DNA of 32,000 nt from Clostridiales bacterium (GTDB taxonomy: Bacteria; Bacillota; Clostridia; TANB77; CAG-508). Shown here piece after piece: positions 1 to 8,321 of the stretch (position 1 is its first letter; every line of letters begins with the position of its first letter). The DNA lies in the NCBI GenBank assembly GCA_004553715.1, contig SFKP01000004.1, forward strand, positions 1 to 32,000, given 5' to 3'. Made by a program: the position numbers and the translations under genes. The notes under the pieces were generated by a model. It did no database searches. It saw only the letters and a list, made by a program, of their open reading frames with translations, and was not told the origin of the DNA.

Positions 1-99
1 TTTTTTATTATGTCCATTTTTATTAAATCCTTAATTGGAGTTACAATCGCTTTTGTCCTCATTTTGTTCCGTCTTCAATAATTTTATTGTTGTATTATT

Positions 100-864
100 T
101 TATTTCTTTGCTAATATCCCATATAAAACTCTTTTTAACAGTATTCCTTTTTCTGTTTTATACCTTTTTACATATTCATCAAATAATTTTTTTTCAATTA
201 TGGTTCTGTGTTCAAACTTTTCCTCCTTTATTTCCGAAAAGTCATCTAATATAGGTGTTTTTAAAAGAAGTGCCATTAAATCTTCTTCTGTTTCATAATA
301 CTCATTTTGTAATATTTCAACCTTTTCAATATTCTTAAATCCTGCTTCTTTTAAATCTAAATAATCTTTTTCTGATATTGCAATTTTGTCATTATATGCT
401 TGACCTCTTCCAAAAATTTCTTTTATTTCCCAACAATCCTTCTTATCGACTCCTTCTATTACAAGGATTCCATGATTTGCTAAGCAATCATAAACTTGCT
501 TTGCTTCTATTATTGTGTGTCTTGCAGAAATTAAATCAAAAGTTTCTCTTGGAAAATTCATTTCTAAGTTATTCATTTTTGTAAATTTTACTCTTTTATT
601 TGAATATTTCTTCGCATTTTTTTTAGCTGTTTTTATCATTTCTTCAGAAAAATCTGTAGCTATTATCATTCCAACACTTGGATAATTTTTTAAAACTTCT
701 TCTCCGCCACCTGTTCCTAAATCTAAACATAATGATTTTTCATTTGTGTTTTCTTTTATTTTTTCATAAAAATCCCAATTAGTTAAATTTTCGGTTTGGA
801 ATTTTATTTGACTAAAATCCCAGTTTCCTATTCTCTCATAATATTTGAATTCATTTTCTTGCAT
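100..864 (-). CDS. class I SAM-dependent methyltransferase
   Basis: 254-aa ORF with the motif I signature 'CLDLGTGGGE', followed by an acidic loop ('IATDFSEEM') typical of the Rossmann-fold AdoMet-MTase family. The plus-strand ORFs 35..298 and 378..584 are its antisense shadows. Confidence 0.75.
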   Translation of the reverse strand: MQENEFKYYERIGNWDFSQIKFQTENLTNWDFYEKIKENTNEKSLCLDLGTGGGEEVLKNYPSVGMIIATDFSEEMIKTAKKNAKKYSNKRVKFTKMNNLEMNFPRETFDLISARHTIIEAKQVYDCLANHGILVIEGVDKKDCWEIKEIFGRGQAYNDKIAISEKDYLDLKEAGFKNIEKVEILQNEYYETEEDLMALLLKTPILDDFSEIKEEKFEHRTIIEKKLFDEYVKRYKTEKGILLKRVLYGILAKK

Positions 865-924
865 TTTTATTCTTTCCTTTATTTTTATATTAGGTTATAT
901 ATTAAATTTTTTCTATTAGTTATC

Positions 925-2835
925 TTAATCTTCCGTTGAAGTTTCCGGTTCTGTTGGATCTTCTAGAGTTTCTGATTCACCTGTTTCTTCCGGTTTTTCT
1001 GGCTCTGGTTCTGTCTCTGTTTCTTCTGGTGTGGTTGGTTTTACTGGTTCTTCTGGAATAGCTGGAGTGACTGGTTCTGTTGGAGTAACTACTGTTTCTT
1101 TCGTTCCTACTGTAATATATTTATTCATTGGTGCAAAATAGTCTTTTGATATTTGCTCCCTTTTTATTTCTATTCCATTTTTGCTATATATTTTATATGT
1201 AGTGCTATTGCATCCTCTCATTCCTTGCTGTGTAACTTTTTGGTATCCCACTTCTTTTGTTGAATCATATTCATAAATTGTTTTAAATCCTATATAATTC
1301 GAAACAATAGAAACTATTTCTATATCATATTCATCAGACTCTTTTTTACCGTAAATTTCAACTGTTGCTATTCCATTTTTTGCAGATGCTTTTATCATTA
1401 TTGGTTCTTCTCTTGTGTTTTTAAATTTAAAATCTAAGGTTCCATAAGATACTGTAGCATCTTTCCCTGGGTCTAAATACGCTGCTATATGTGCATGGTT
1501 GTGTCTTTCTACAATAGTTAAATTGGCATATATTGCTGCATTGTATAGTGTAGAAGATATTTGGCAAATTCCTCCTCCTACCATGCTTACACTTCTTCCT
1601 CCAGAATATCCAGCACCTAATTTATACCCTTTTGCAACTGTTCTTGGTCCTAAAGCATTATTGAATGAAAAAATTTCTCCTGGATTAATTATCATTTCAT
1701 TTATTGTCTTTGATGCAACTTTTAGGTTAGTTGATCTTGAAACATTGCTTTCATCATATTTAGTAGTACATTTTCCAAGTAAATCTGGGAATTGCTTATC
1801 TGCACTTATTGATACTTTTTTTACCTTTGCTTCTATGATAATTAATGGGATTTCGTATTCTTGCTTTTCTTCACTTAAAATTTTTTTTGCTTCATCTATA
1901 TCTATATCAATTCCATTTTCCGAAGAGTAAATTTTGAAAGGTTCTTCTTCATAATATGCATCTTTTGGTTCTTTGTAGATTTCCTCTCTGATTTCTTCGA
2001 TATTTATTGCTTCTGGTTTTTTATTAATAGTTTTTATTTCTATTTTCGAAGCACCATTTGTTTGTATATATTCTATAATTTTTGCTTCGAATTCCTCTAA
2101 ATCGAATCCTTTTCCGGGTTCTCCTTCTTTTATAATTAATTTATCATCTTCTATACAATATGTACTTTCTTTTAATCCATTTGGTATTTTTAAACAAATT
2201 TCATTCACCACATGTTTTAAGCTTTTTTCATCAATTGTCATATCTGTTTTTATGTTTTTACCTTTCAATTCATTTATTAAAATAGTAAAATTATTTTCAA
2301 AAATATTTCCGTTTCGTCCTTCTGTATATGCTTCTTCAACTGCGTCTTTAATGTTATATGTAATATTTAAATTTTCTTTAATTATTGAAAAATATTTCCC
2401 ATCAACATTTACTATAATTTCTTGATTTTTTTGCATTTCATTTTGAATAAATATTAATGCTTCTTCTTTTGTTAAATCTTTAACCAATATATTATTTATT
2501 TTTATTCCTGACATTATCTTACTATTGCCCATATTCATAATTGCAAATATTGTAGATAATAATAAACCGCAAATTATTATAATCATTAAAATTGTAATCG
2601 CTTTACCAATATTTGTGGTTTTTGATTTTATTTGCTCTTTGGCTTCTTTTTTATCCTCTTTGTGATTTTTAATTTCTTTTTTTGTCTCCAATTCATTTTT
2701 TTCTTCAATTTTTGTTTCTTCTTTATTTGTTTTTATTTCAGCTACATTTGAATTTATAGAATCTTCTCCTATTATTTTTGCTGATAATCTTTCTTTGTTT
2801 TTTTCTATTTCTTCTGTAAAATTTACTTTATTCAT
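925..2835 (-). CDS. VanW-family protein with a C-terminal G5 domain and a Pro/Thr/Glu-rich tail; single N-terminal TM anchor
   Basis: The VanW core is recognisable ('PGEIFSFNNALGPRT..GY..A..GGGICQISSTLYNAA...ERHNHA'). It is followed by a G5-like segment ('YQKVTQQGMRGCNSTTYKIY..NG..I..E..S..Y..P.NKYITVGTK') and a PEET-rich low-complexity C-terminus. There is a TM helix around aa 80-100. Confidence 0.8.
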   Translation of the reverse strand: MNKVNFTEEIEKNKERLSAKIIGEDSINSNVAEIKTNKEETKIEEKNELETKKEIKNHKEDKKEAKEQIKSKTTNIGKAITILMIIIICGLLLSTIFAIMNMGNSKIMSGIKINNILVKDLTKEEALIFIQNEMQKNQEIIVNVDGKYFSIIKENLNITYNIKDAVEEAYTEGRNGNIFENNFTILINELKGKNIKTDMTIDEKSLKHVVNEICLKIPNGLKESTYCIEDDKLIIKEGEPGKGFDLEEFEAKIIEYIQTNGASKIEIKTINKKPEAINIEEIREEIYKEPKDAYYEEEPFKIYSSENGIDIDIDEAKKILSEEKQEYEIPLIIIEAKVKKVSISADKQFPDLLGKCTTKYDESNVSRSTNLKVASKTINEMIINPGEIFSFNNALGPRTVAKGYKLGAGYSGGRSVSMVGGGICQISSTLYNAAIYANLTIVERHNHAHIAAYLDPGKDATVSYGTLDFKFKNTREEPIMIKASAKNGIATVEIYGKKESDEYDIEIVSIVSNYIGFKTIYEYDSTKEVGYQKVTQQGMRGCNSTTYKIYSKNGIEIKREQISKDYFAPMNKYITVGTKETVVTPTEPVTPAIPEEPVKPTTPEETETEPEPEKPEETGESETLEDPTEPETSTED

Positions 2836-2913
2836 AGATATTTACCTCTTTGCTCCCATTATATTTTCATTGTACCATACCTATTTTTTTTTTACAATTG
2901 TTATATATAAAAT

Positions 2914-3108
2914 TTATTTGAAAAATACTTCCAATATTGATTTGTTTAAGACTTGAGATATTTTCTCCATTGTTTCTATCGATGGATTACTCCTTGTTCC
3001 GTTTTCCAAATGGCAAATATATCCTACTGAAACTCCTGTTAAATCAGCTAATTCTGACATTGTTAAGCCTCTTTCTTTTCTGTATTTTCTTAATTTAGTT
3101 TCGTACAT
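2914..3108 (-). CDS. XRE-family helix-turn-helix transcriptional regulator (Cro-like, 64 aa)
   Basis: Contains 'RKERGLTMSELADLTGVSVGYICHLENGTRSNPSIETMEKISQVL', a canonical HTH_3/XRE motif. SD 'aaggaggt' lies upstream. The gene is divergent from the CI-like gene at 3263. Confidence 0.8.
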   Translation of the reverse strand: MYETKLRKYRKERGLTMSELADLTGVSVGYICHLENGTRSNPSIETMEKISQVLNKSILEVFFK

Positions 3109-3262
3109 ATTTTTACCTCCTTGTCATATTAGCAATAATATCACATGTCTTTTTGCCAAGTCAAGTTTTTGAGTATAATTTGTATCTTTTTTTGTTTACC
3201 AGTAGACAACTTCTGAAATTTTTTATATAATATTTCTATATTTTAGTAAAAGAGGTATTGTT

Positions 3263-3832
3263 ATGATTGGGGATATGATTGCAAAAGCTAGAGAAGAAAA
3301 GAATATGACTAAAGCTGAACTTGCTCGCCTTGCAAATATTGATTTAGGTCACTTATCGCATATTGAAAAAGGAGAAAGAAATCCTAGTCATAAAACATTA
3401 AAATTGATTTGCCAAGCTTTAGAAATACCTTATCAACAATTAATGTATACATATGATAAAAACCTTAGCGAGGAACAAGAATCTTATGGTGCACTAGACC
3501 ATATGTCATATGATAAAATTATTCTTGTAGATACTATAGATAATTTTATTACTTGTCCAGCGAATATGCCAGGTGCCTCTCTTGCAGTAAAGATGCCAGA
3601 TGATTCAATGGCTCCTACCTTCAAAAAAGGAGATACACTTTTTATTGAGTTTAATACTTTGTTGGATAACAAAGAGGTTGGTATTTTTTCTGTAGATGAT
3701 AAAATTTATATAAGAAGATTTATCGGTAAGAAGAATAAAGTTATCTTGGATGCAGATAATCCACATGTCAAAAAGCTAGAATTAGCTAAAAATCAACCTT
3801 TTTTCATTATTGGCAAAATTTTAAATAAATAA
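3263..3832 (+). CDS. CI/LexA-like repressor: N-terminal XRE HTH plus C-terminal S24 peptidase-like domain
   Basis: The N-terminus 'AREEKNMTKAELARLANIDLGHLSHIEKGERNPS' is an XRE HTH. The C-terminal 'MPDDSMAPTFKKGDTLFIE....YIRRF' resembles the S24 Ser/Lys self-cleavage fold. SD 'aaagagg' lies upstream. Confidence 0.7.
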   Translation: MIGDMIAKAREEKNMTKAELARLANIDLGHLSHIEKGERNPSHKTLKLICQALEIPYQQLMYTYDKNLSEEQESYGALDHMSYDKIILVDTIDNFITCPANMPGASLAVKMPDDSMAPTFKKGDTLFIEFNTLLDNKEVGIFSVDDKIYIRRFIGKKNKVILDADNPHVKKLELAKNQPFFIIGKILNK

Positions 3833-3927
3833 TTTTGTAAATTTTTTTAAATTTTTGTAAAAAAATCTTGAATATTATATTTTTTATATATATAATAATA
3901 GAAGCTAAAGATAAAAGAGGTATAAAA

Positions 3928-4395
3928 ATGGAATTATTAAAAAATATATTTTTTAACACAGATAAATTATTAAGAAATTCTTGTATAAAAATTTCATATA
4001 CAGGTACTTTTTTCGAGAATGATTCAGAAGAAGTATATATTCATTATGGTTTTGGCCCTAACTGGGAAAATGTTTCTGAAATAAAAATGGAAAAAACTGA
4101 ACTTGGTTTTCAATCAGAAGTACAATTGTTAGATTATGATACTTTCAATTTCTGTTTTAGGAATCAAGATGATGAATGGGACAATAACAATTCTCAAAAC
4201 TATGTTGTAGAATTAGAACAACCTTCTTTAGATTTGATAGTTAAAGAAGAAGAATTTTCTTTAGATAGACCAAATAGACTTAGAAAATCTTATTTGTGGA
4301 GTAAAAAAATTAGAATCTCGATATATAAAATAATAACATATATTCCTAAAATCATTTCAGGAAATTATAAAAGAAAATTAAATAATAATAATTAA
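3928..4395 (+). CDS. hypothetical protein with a starch-binding-CBM-like signature (CBM25/53 type)
   Basis: I prefer the ATG at 3928 (SD 'aaagagg' 7 nt upstream) to the track start at 3868. 'VYIHYGFGPNWENV....F.FRNQDDEWDNNNSQNYVVEL' resembles the 'H.G.N.W ... WDNN.G.NY' pattern of CBM25/CBM53 modules. The basic C-terminal tail may be membrane-associated. Confidence 0.45.
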   Translation: MELLKNIFFNTDKLLRNSCIKISYTGTFFENDSEEVYIHYGFGPNWENVSEIKMEKTELGFQSEVQLLDYDTFNFCFRNQDDEWDNNNSQNYVVELEQPSLDLIVKEEEFSLDRPNRLRKSYLWSKKIRISIYKIITYIPKIISGNYKRKLNNNN

Positions 4396-4398
4396 TAT

Positions 4399-4427
4399 AA
4401 AAGCTAGAGTTTTAAACTCTAGCTTTT
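4399..4427. terminator. bidirectional hairpin between convergent genes
   Basis: The sequence 'aaaagctagagtt-tta-aactctagctttt' forms a perfect ~13-bp stem flanked by A/T runs. It lies between the 3' ends of 3928..4395 (+) and the SDR gene (-) and overlaps the SDR stop codon. Confidence 0.6.
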
Positions 4428-5155
4428 AAGTTATTACCCATCCACCATTTGGTGATATTATTTGCCCTGTTGTAAATTCATCTTCAATTAGCCATTTAAC
4501 ACATCTATATATATCAATTGGCTCTCCGATTTTTCCTAAAGGAACCTCATTTTTTATCTGTTCTCTAATTATTTCATCAAGTTCATTATTCATATCTGTA
4601 TTAATTATTCCAGGAGCAATAGAATTTACCCTAATATTTGATGGCCCATATTCTTTAGCAAGTGATTTTGTCATTGCATCAATACCTGCTTTTGATATTG
4701 AATATATACTTTCTAGTGATGCTCCAACTAATCCCCAAACAGATGATATATTAATTATCAACCCGTTTTTTTTCGTGTACCATGTGTTCTAATGCTTTTT
4801 GAGAGCAATAAAATGCTGATTTTAAATTTGTATTTATCATTTCATCCCAATCTTCTTCTGTTACATCTGAAAACATTTGCATCTTAGCTATTCCTGCATT
4901 ATTTATTAATACATCTATTTTATCGAATTTATTTACAGCAAATTCTATAAGACTAGCAGCTTCTTCTCTCTTAGAAACATCTGCCTTATATATATCTACA
5001 AAAATGCCTTCTTTTTCTAATTTCGTTTTTAATTCTTTTGCTTCTTTTTCAGATTTATTATAGTTTGCAATAACATGATTTCCTTCTTTTGCTAGGTTTT
5101 CTGCAATACATCTTCCTATACCTCTTGATGCTCCTGTTACTATAATTGTTTTCAT
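4426..5155 (-). CDS. SDR-family oxidoreductase (FabG-like 3-oxoacyl-ACP reductase type), interrupted by a +1 frame break at CGG 4763..4765
   Basis: Track ORFs 4751..5155 and 4426..4761 are the two halves of one SDR. The first carries 'TGASRGIG' and 'NNAG'. The second carries 'NISS...YSISKAG...PG.I.T'. Skipping one nucleotide at AAA-AAA-C|GGG gives '..HEKKGLIINISSVWG..', 242 aa, a normal SDR length. A standard pipeline would call this a frameshifted pseudogene. Confidence 0.8.
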
Positions 5156-5174
5156 TATACCACTTCCTTTTTTT

Positions 5175-5202
5175 ATTATATCAATTCTTTTGGCTATGTC
5201 AA
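5175..5202 (-). promoter_or_regulatory. sigma-A type promoter for the SDR gene
   Basis: On the minus strand: TTGACA (5202..5197), a 16-nt spacer, then TATAAT (5180..5175). An SD 'aaggaag' precedes the ATG at 5155. Confidence 0.5.
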
Positions 5203-5204
5203 TG

Positions 5205-5236
5205 CTAAAAAAACCTAGATATTTGTTATCTAGGTT
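5205..5236 (-). terminator. Rho-independent terminator of the tRNA operon
   Basis: On the minus strand: 'aacctagata-acaaa-tatctaggtt' followed by a T7 run, immediately 3' of tRNA-Thr. Confidence 0.65.
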
Positions 5237-5237
5237 T

Positions 5238-5313
<76 letters not shown>

Positions 5314-5327
5314 ATATTAGATTTTAT

Positions 5328-5402
5328 TGGTGACCCGTACGGGAATCGAACCCATGTCTCCGCCGTGAAAGGGCGATGTCTTAACCGCTTGACCAACGGG
5401 CC
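5328..5402 (-). tRNA. tRNA-Glu (anticodon UUC), CCA encoded
   Basis: The reverse complement is ggcccgttggtcaagcggttaagacatcgccCTTTCACggcggagacatgggttcgattcccgtacgggtcacca. It folds as a cloverleaf, with anticodon loop cT-TTC-Ac. Confidence 0.9.
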
Positions 5403-5408
5403 TTATAT

Positions 5409-5441
5409 AAATACTAATTATAATAAATATAATTAGTATTT
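5409..5441. repeat. perfect 13-bp all-A/T inverted repeat in the tRNA-Glu/tRNA-Lys spacer
   Basis: The arm aaatactaattat (5409..5421), loop aataaat and arm ataattagtattt (5429..5441) fill almost the whole 42-nt spacer. It is probably a processing hairpin. Confidence 0.5.
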
Positions 5442-5444
5442 ATT

Positions 5445-5520
5445 TGGTGAGCCATCCGCGACTCGAACGCGGGACAACTTGATTAAAAGTCAAGTGCTCT
5501 ACCACCTGAGCTAATGGCCC
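5445..5520 (-). tRNA. tRNA-Lys (anticodon UUU), CCA encoded
   Basis: The reverse complement is gggccattagctcaggtggtagagcacttgaCTTTTAAtcaagttgtcccgcgttcgagtcgcggatggctcacca. It folds as a cloverleaf, with anticodon loop cT-TTT-Aa. Confidence 0.9.
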
Positions 5521-5574
5521 ATAATCCAATTATAAGAATTATAGAAGCAACTGCTTTTATACAGCTGCTTATCT

Positions 5575-5603
5575 ATATTACAACATTTTTTTTAATATGT
5601 CAA
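5575..5603 (-). promoter_or_regulatory. sigma-A type promoter of the tRNA-Lys/Glu/Thr operon
   Basis: On the minus strand: TTGACA (5603..5598), a 17-nt spacer, then TAATAT (5580..5575), about 55 nt upstream of tRNA-Lys. Confidence 0.5.
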
Positions 5604-5791
5604 CGGTTTTTCAATATTTTTTCATTTTTTTGTTAATTTTCAGACCAAAATTTTCAAATTAGTAGCTCTACATGTCAGTTGCACTTTTCTTTTCGTGCTT
5701 TAGCCTAAGAAAAGGAAATGTCCAACCGACAGCAAGATGGAGCGGATTATATATTGATTATATATTAATTAGTCTGAAATGTAACATTTGT

Positions 5792-5971
5792 TTAGTTTAA
5801 CTTTTCTAAAATGTCCTCTACATCTAGTCCATGAACGCTACATGCCTCTTCTAAAGTTTCTGCTTGTGATGCTGGACATCCTAAGCAATGCATTCCTGCT
5901 TCTAATAATATATTAGCTTTTTCTGGCGTTTTTTCTAATATTTCTCCTATTGTTGTTGTTTTGTCGTACAT
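5792..5971 (-). CDS. DUF1858-domain protein (hybrid-cluster-protein-associated redox disulfide domain family), 59 aa
   Basis: Not in the ORF track because it is under 60 aa. My translation is MYDKTTTIGEILEKTPEKANILLEAGMHCLGCPASQAETLEEACSVHGLDVEDILEKLN. The 'GMHCLGCP....T.EEA...HG.D' motif is diagnostic of DUF1858. SD 'aaggaggg' lies 9 nt upstream of the ATG at 5971. Confidence 0.85.
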   Translation of the reverse strand: MYDKTTTIGEILEKTPEKANILLEAGMHCLGCPASQAETLEEACSVHGLDVEDILEKLN

Positions 5972-6038
5972 TGTAAATTTCCCTCCTTATACTGTTCTTT
6001 TTATTTTTAATATTTTATCACATTTTTTCAAAAAAGTA

Positions 6039-6067
6039 TAGACAAATTTATTTTATTGTAGTATTAT
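6039..6067 (+). promoter_or_regulatory. candidate sigma-A promoter upstream of the VirD4-like operon
   Basis: TAGACA (6039..6044), a 17-nt spacer, then TATTAT (6062..6067). This would give a leader of about 170 nt before the start at 6239. Confidence 0.35.
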
Positions 6068-6238
6068 GGAAAAAATTGGAAAGGTGGTGTTTAAATTTTA
6101 GTACATTGTTTTTTTATTTCATTTATTATTAATCTTTTTATTACATTTTATACAATTTATTCTTTTTTCGAAATGAAGATTTTTCATTCTCTTCAAGGTT
6201 CCAAATTAAAATTCAAAAAATTATAAGGAGGTTTTTTA

Positions 6239-7948
6239 TTGAGATTTCTCATGTTTATTTGTCGTGTCATTTTTATTTTGCTCTTCACTTTTATTGCATT
6301 TAATTGTTGTTTTAATTTATTTTCTTCTATTTTTTTTGCCACTTCTTTTGTTTTTCCCTATGCGATTTACCCATTTGATATTTGCCAAAAGGCGCCTGTT
6401 GCATGGCATCATATAAAGCTTTTATATATTTTAACATTTTTGTTTTCTACAGTTGTTATTCTAAATTCCATTTTTTCATTTTTCTATAACAAATACCATA
6501 AAAAAGATGTTAGGAAACATCTTTTTAAGAAAAAAACTAAACCTAAAGGTCTTAATTTATTAATTGGAAAATCTGAAAAAACAAATGAGCTAGTTTATTT
6601 GCCTGAACGCAGCCTTTATCAAAATATTCTAATTACAGGAACTATTGGAACTGGGAAAACCTCTTCTGCAATGTACCCTTTTGCGAAACAGCTTATTGAC
6701 TATAAAAACAATAGTCCTTACGAAAAACTTGGAATGCTTATTTTAGATGTTAAAGGCAACTTTTATAAACAAATAACCGAATTTTGCAGAGAATCTAACC
6801 GATTGGATGATTTAATCGTCATCGAAATTGGAGGAGAATTTACTTATAACCCTTTAGATAAACCAGAGCTTTCCGCAACTGTTTTAGCATCAAGGCTAAA
6901 AAACATATTAACTCTTTTTTCTCCCGAAACTTCTGAATCGTATTGGCTAGATAAGGCTGAACAGGTTCTTGCAGAAGCTATTAAAATCTGTAGATTATAC
7001 AATAACGGCTATGTTGATTTTTCTGACCTACATAGATTAATTAATGATGAAACTTATTTTAATTCAAGAATTGAAAATATCAAAATTAAATTTTTAAATC
7101 ACGAGTTTTCAAGATGCGCTATGTATAATTTATATTCTGCTCTTAAATTTTTTCAAGAAGAATTTAAAATGTTAGATTCTAGAGTTCTTTCCATTCTTAA
7201 ATCTGAAATTTCTAGAATGACTTCCACTTTTATTTCTGATTATGATGTTATGCGTACATTTTGCCCGAAAAAAGATGATGTTAATTTTACAGGTTTTAAA
7301 GAAGTTTTAGAAAAAGGCAAAATTGTTGTTCTTAATATGAATATTTCTGAGTATAAAAATCTTTCTCGAATAATTGCTGCATATTTAAAAATGGATTTTC
7401 AAACAGAAATATTAATGACTCTTTCTTCTGGTAAAATTAGAAAAAGTGCTTTTATTTGTGATGAATACCACGAATATGTAACCGAAACAGATAGCAACTT
7501 TTTTGCTCAAAGTAGAGAGGCAATGTCAATTAATATTGTTGCTACCCAAAGTTACAGTTCTCTTTTAAATAGTATTAAAAATGAAGCAGCAACTAAAGTT
7601 ATTATACAAAATTTAATTAATAAATTATGGTTTAGAAATGATGATTTATTCACAATTGAAACTGCTCAAAAACAAATTGGTAAAGAGGATAAAACTAGAA
7701 TTTCCAAAAGTTTTTCTGAAAATGCTCAAAAGACTTTTTATAATTATTTCACCAATTCTCTTAATTCAAAGGATTCCAGCATTTCTGAAAGCATTAGCAG
7801 TTTTGTAAATTCAGATTTTGTCTACGATTATAATTTTTTTACTCGCTCTCTTGAAACTTTTTCTTGTCTTTCTTTTCTTTCTAATGGAGATAAAATTATT
7901 TCTCCAGATAAATTAAAATTATTCCCATATTTTCAATCAAAAAAATAG
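6239..7948 (+). CDS. VirD4/TraG-family type IV coupling protein-like P-loop NTPase
   Basis: The N-terminus is a hydrophobic membrane anchor of about 90 aa with 2-3 TM helices. Walker A is 'ITGTIGTGKTSS'. 'LILDVKGNF', a Walker B-like 'AFICDEYHEY' and 'VATQSYSSL' follow in the order typical of TraG/TraD/VirD4 coupling proteins. SD 'aaggagg' lies 7 nt before TTG 6239, with an in-frame ATG at 6251 as an alternative start. Confidence 0.6.
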   Translation: MRFLMFICRVIFILLFTFIAFNCCFNLFSSIFFATSFVFPYAIYPFDICQKAPVAWHHIKLLYILTFLFSTVVILNSIFSFFYNKYHKKDVRKHLFKKKTKPKGLNLLIGKSEKTNELVYLPERSLYQNILITGTIGTGKTSSAMYPFAKQLIDYKNNSPYEKLGMLILDVKGNFYKQITEFCRESNRLDDLIVIEIGGEFTYNPLDKPELSATVLASRLKNILTLFSPETSESYWLDKAEQVLAEAIKICRLYNNGYVDFSDLHRLINDETYFNSRIENIKIKFLNHEFSRCAMYNLYSALKFFQEEFKMLDSRVLSILKSEISRMTSTFISDYDVMRTFCPKKDDVNFTGFKEVLEKGKIVVLNMNISEYKNLSRIIAAYLKMDFQTEILMTLSSGKIRKSAFICDEYHEYVTETDSNFFAQSREAMSINIVATQSYSSLLNSIKNEAATKVIIQNLINKLWFRNDDLFTIETAQKQIGKEDKTRISKSFSENAQKTFYNYFTNSLNSKDSSISESISSFVNSDFVYDYNFFTRSLETFSCLSFLSNGDKIISPDKLKLFPYFQSKK

Positions 7949-7976
7949 CACATTGTGCTTTATGTAAGGAGGTTTT

Positions 7977-8309
7977 ATGAAAAAATTTTTTTATTTTTTG
8001 AATTTTATTATATTTTTTTATTTTATATTTTTCTTTTTTCTACCTAGTTTTTCTTTTGGTGCTTATCCAAAACTTGTATCTACAATGATTGATGCTTTTG
8101 AAGATATTAAAACTTGGCTTATAGCCATTGCAACACCTGCTGTAGCTGTCGCTGTTGGCACTGGTATTTTTATGAAAAAATTTAGTTTTGGTGATGAAGA
8201 GCGTCTTAGAACAGGAAAAAGAATTGTTAGAGGAAGTCTGTTTTCTTATGTTTTTCTTCTTTGTATTGATTTAATTTTATCTGCCATAAAACTTTTAGTA
8301 AATAGATAG
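7977..8309 (+). CDS. small secreted or membrane two-TM protein; candidate VirB2/TrbC- or Maff2-like T4SS subunit
   Basis: 110 aa with a signal-peptide-like N-terminus ending 'SFSFGA'. Two hydrophobic helices are separated by a short basic loop ('KKFSFGDEERLRTGKR'). Its position between the coupling protein and the VirB6-like gene matches Firmicute ICE T4SS operons. SD is 'aaggagg'. Confidence 0.35.
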   Translation: MKKFFYFLNFIIFFYFIFFFFLPSFSFGAYPKLVSTMIDAFEDIKTWLIAIATPAVAVAVGTGIFMKKFSFGDEERLRTGKRIVRGSLFSYVFLLCIDLILSAIKLLVNR

Positions 8310-8321
8310 GAGGTTTTTTCA

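Noticed and set aside
1-62. A possible 5' end of a minus-strand gene running off the left edge (ATG at 62, 'MRTKAIVTPIKDLIKMDIIKK').
   Set aside because: Only 20 codons are visible, the SD is weak and no motif is present, so I cannot support it as a feature.
5640-5760. SRP (4.5S/scRNA) or 6S RNA identity for the structured element near the tRNA operon.
   Set aside because: I could not find the conserved SRP domain IV motif (GGAA tetraloop with flanking AGCA/GNAR-type loops). The length and shape do not fit 6S RNA. I kept it only as an unassigned structured element.
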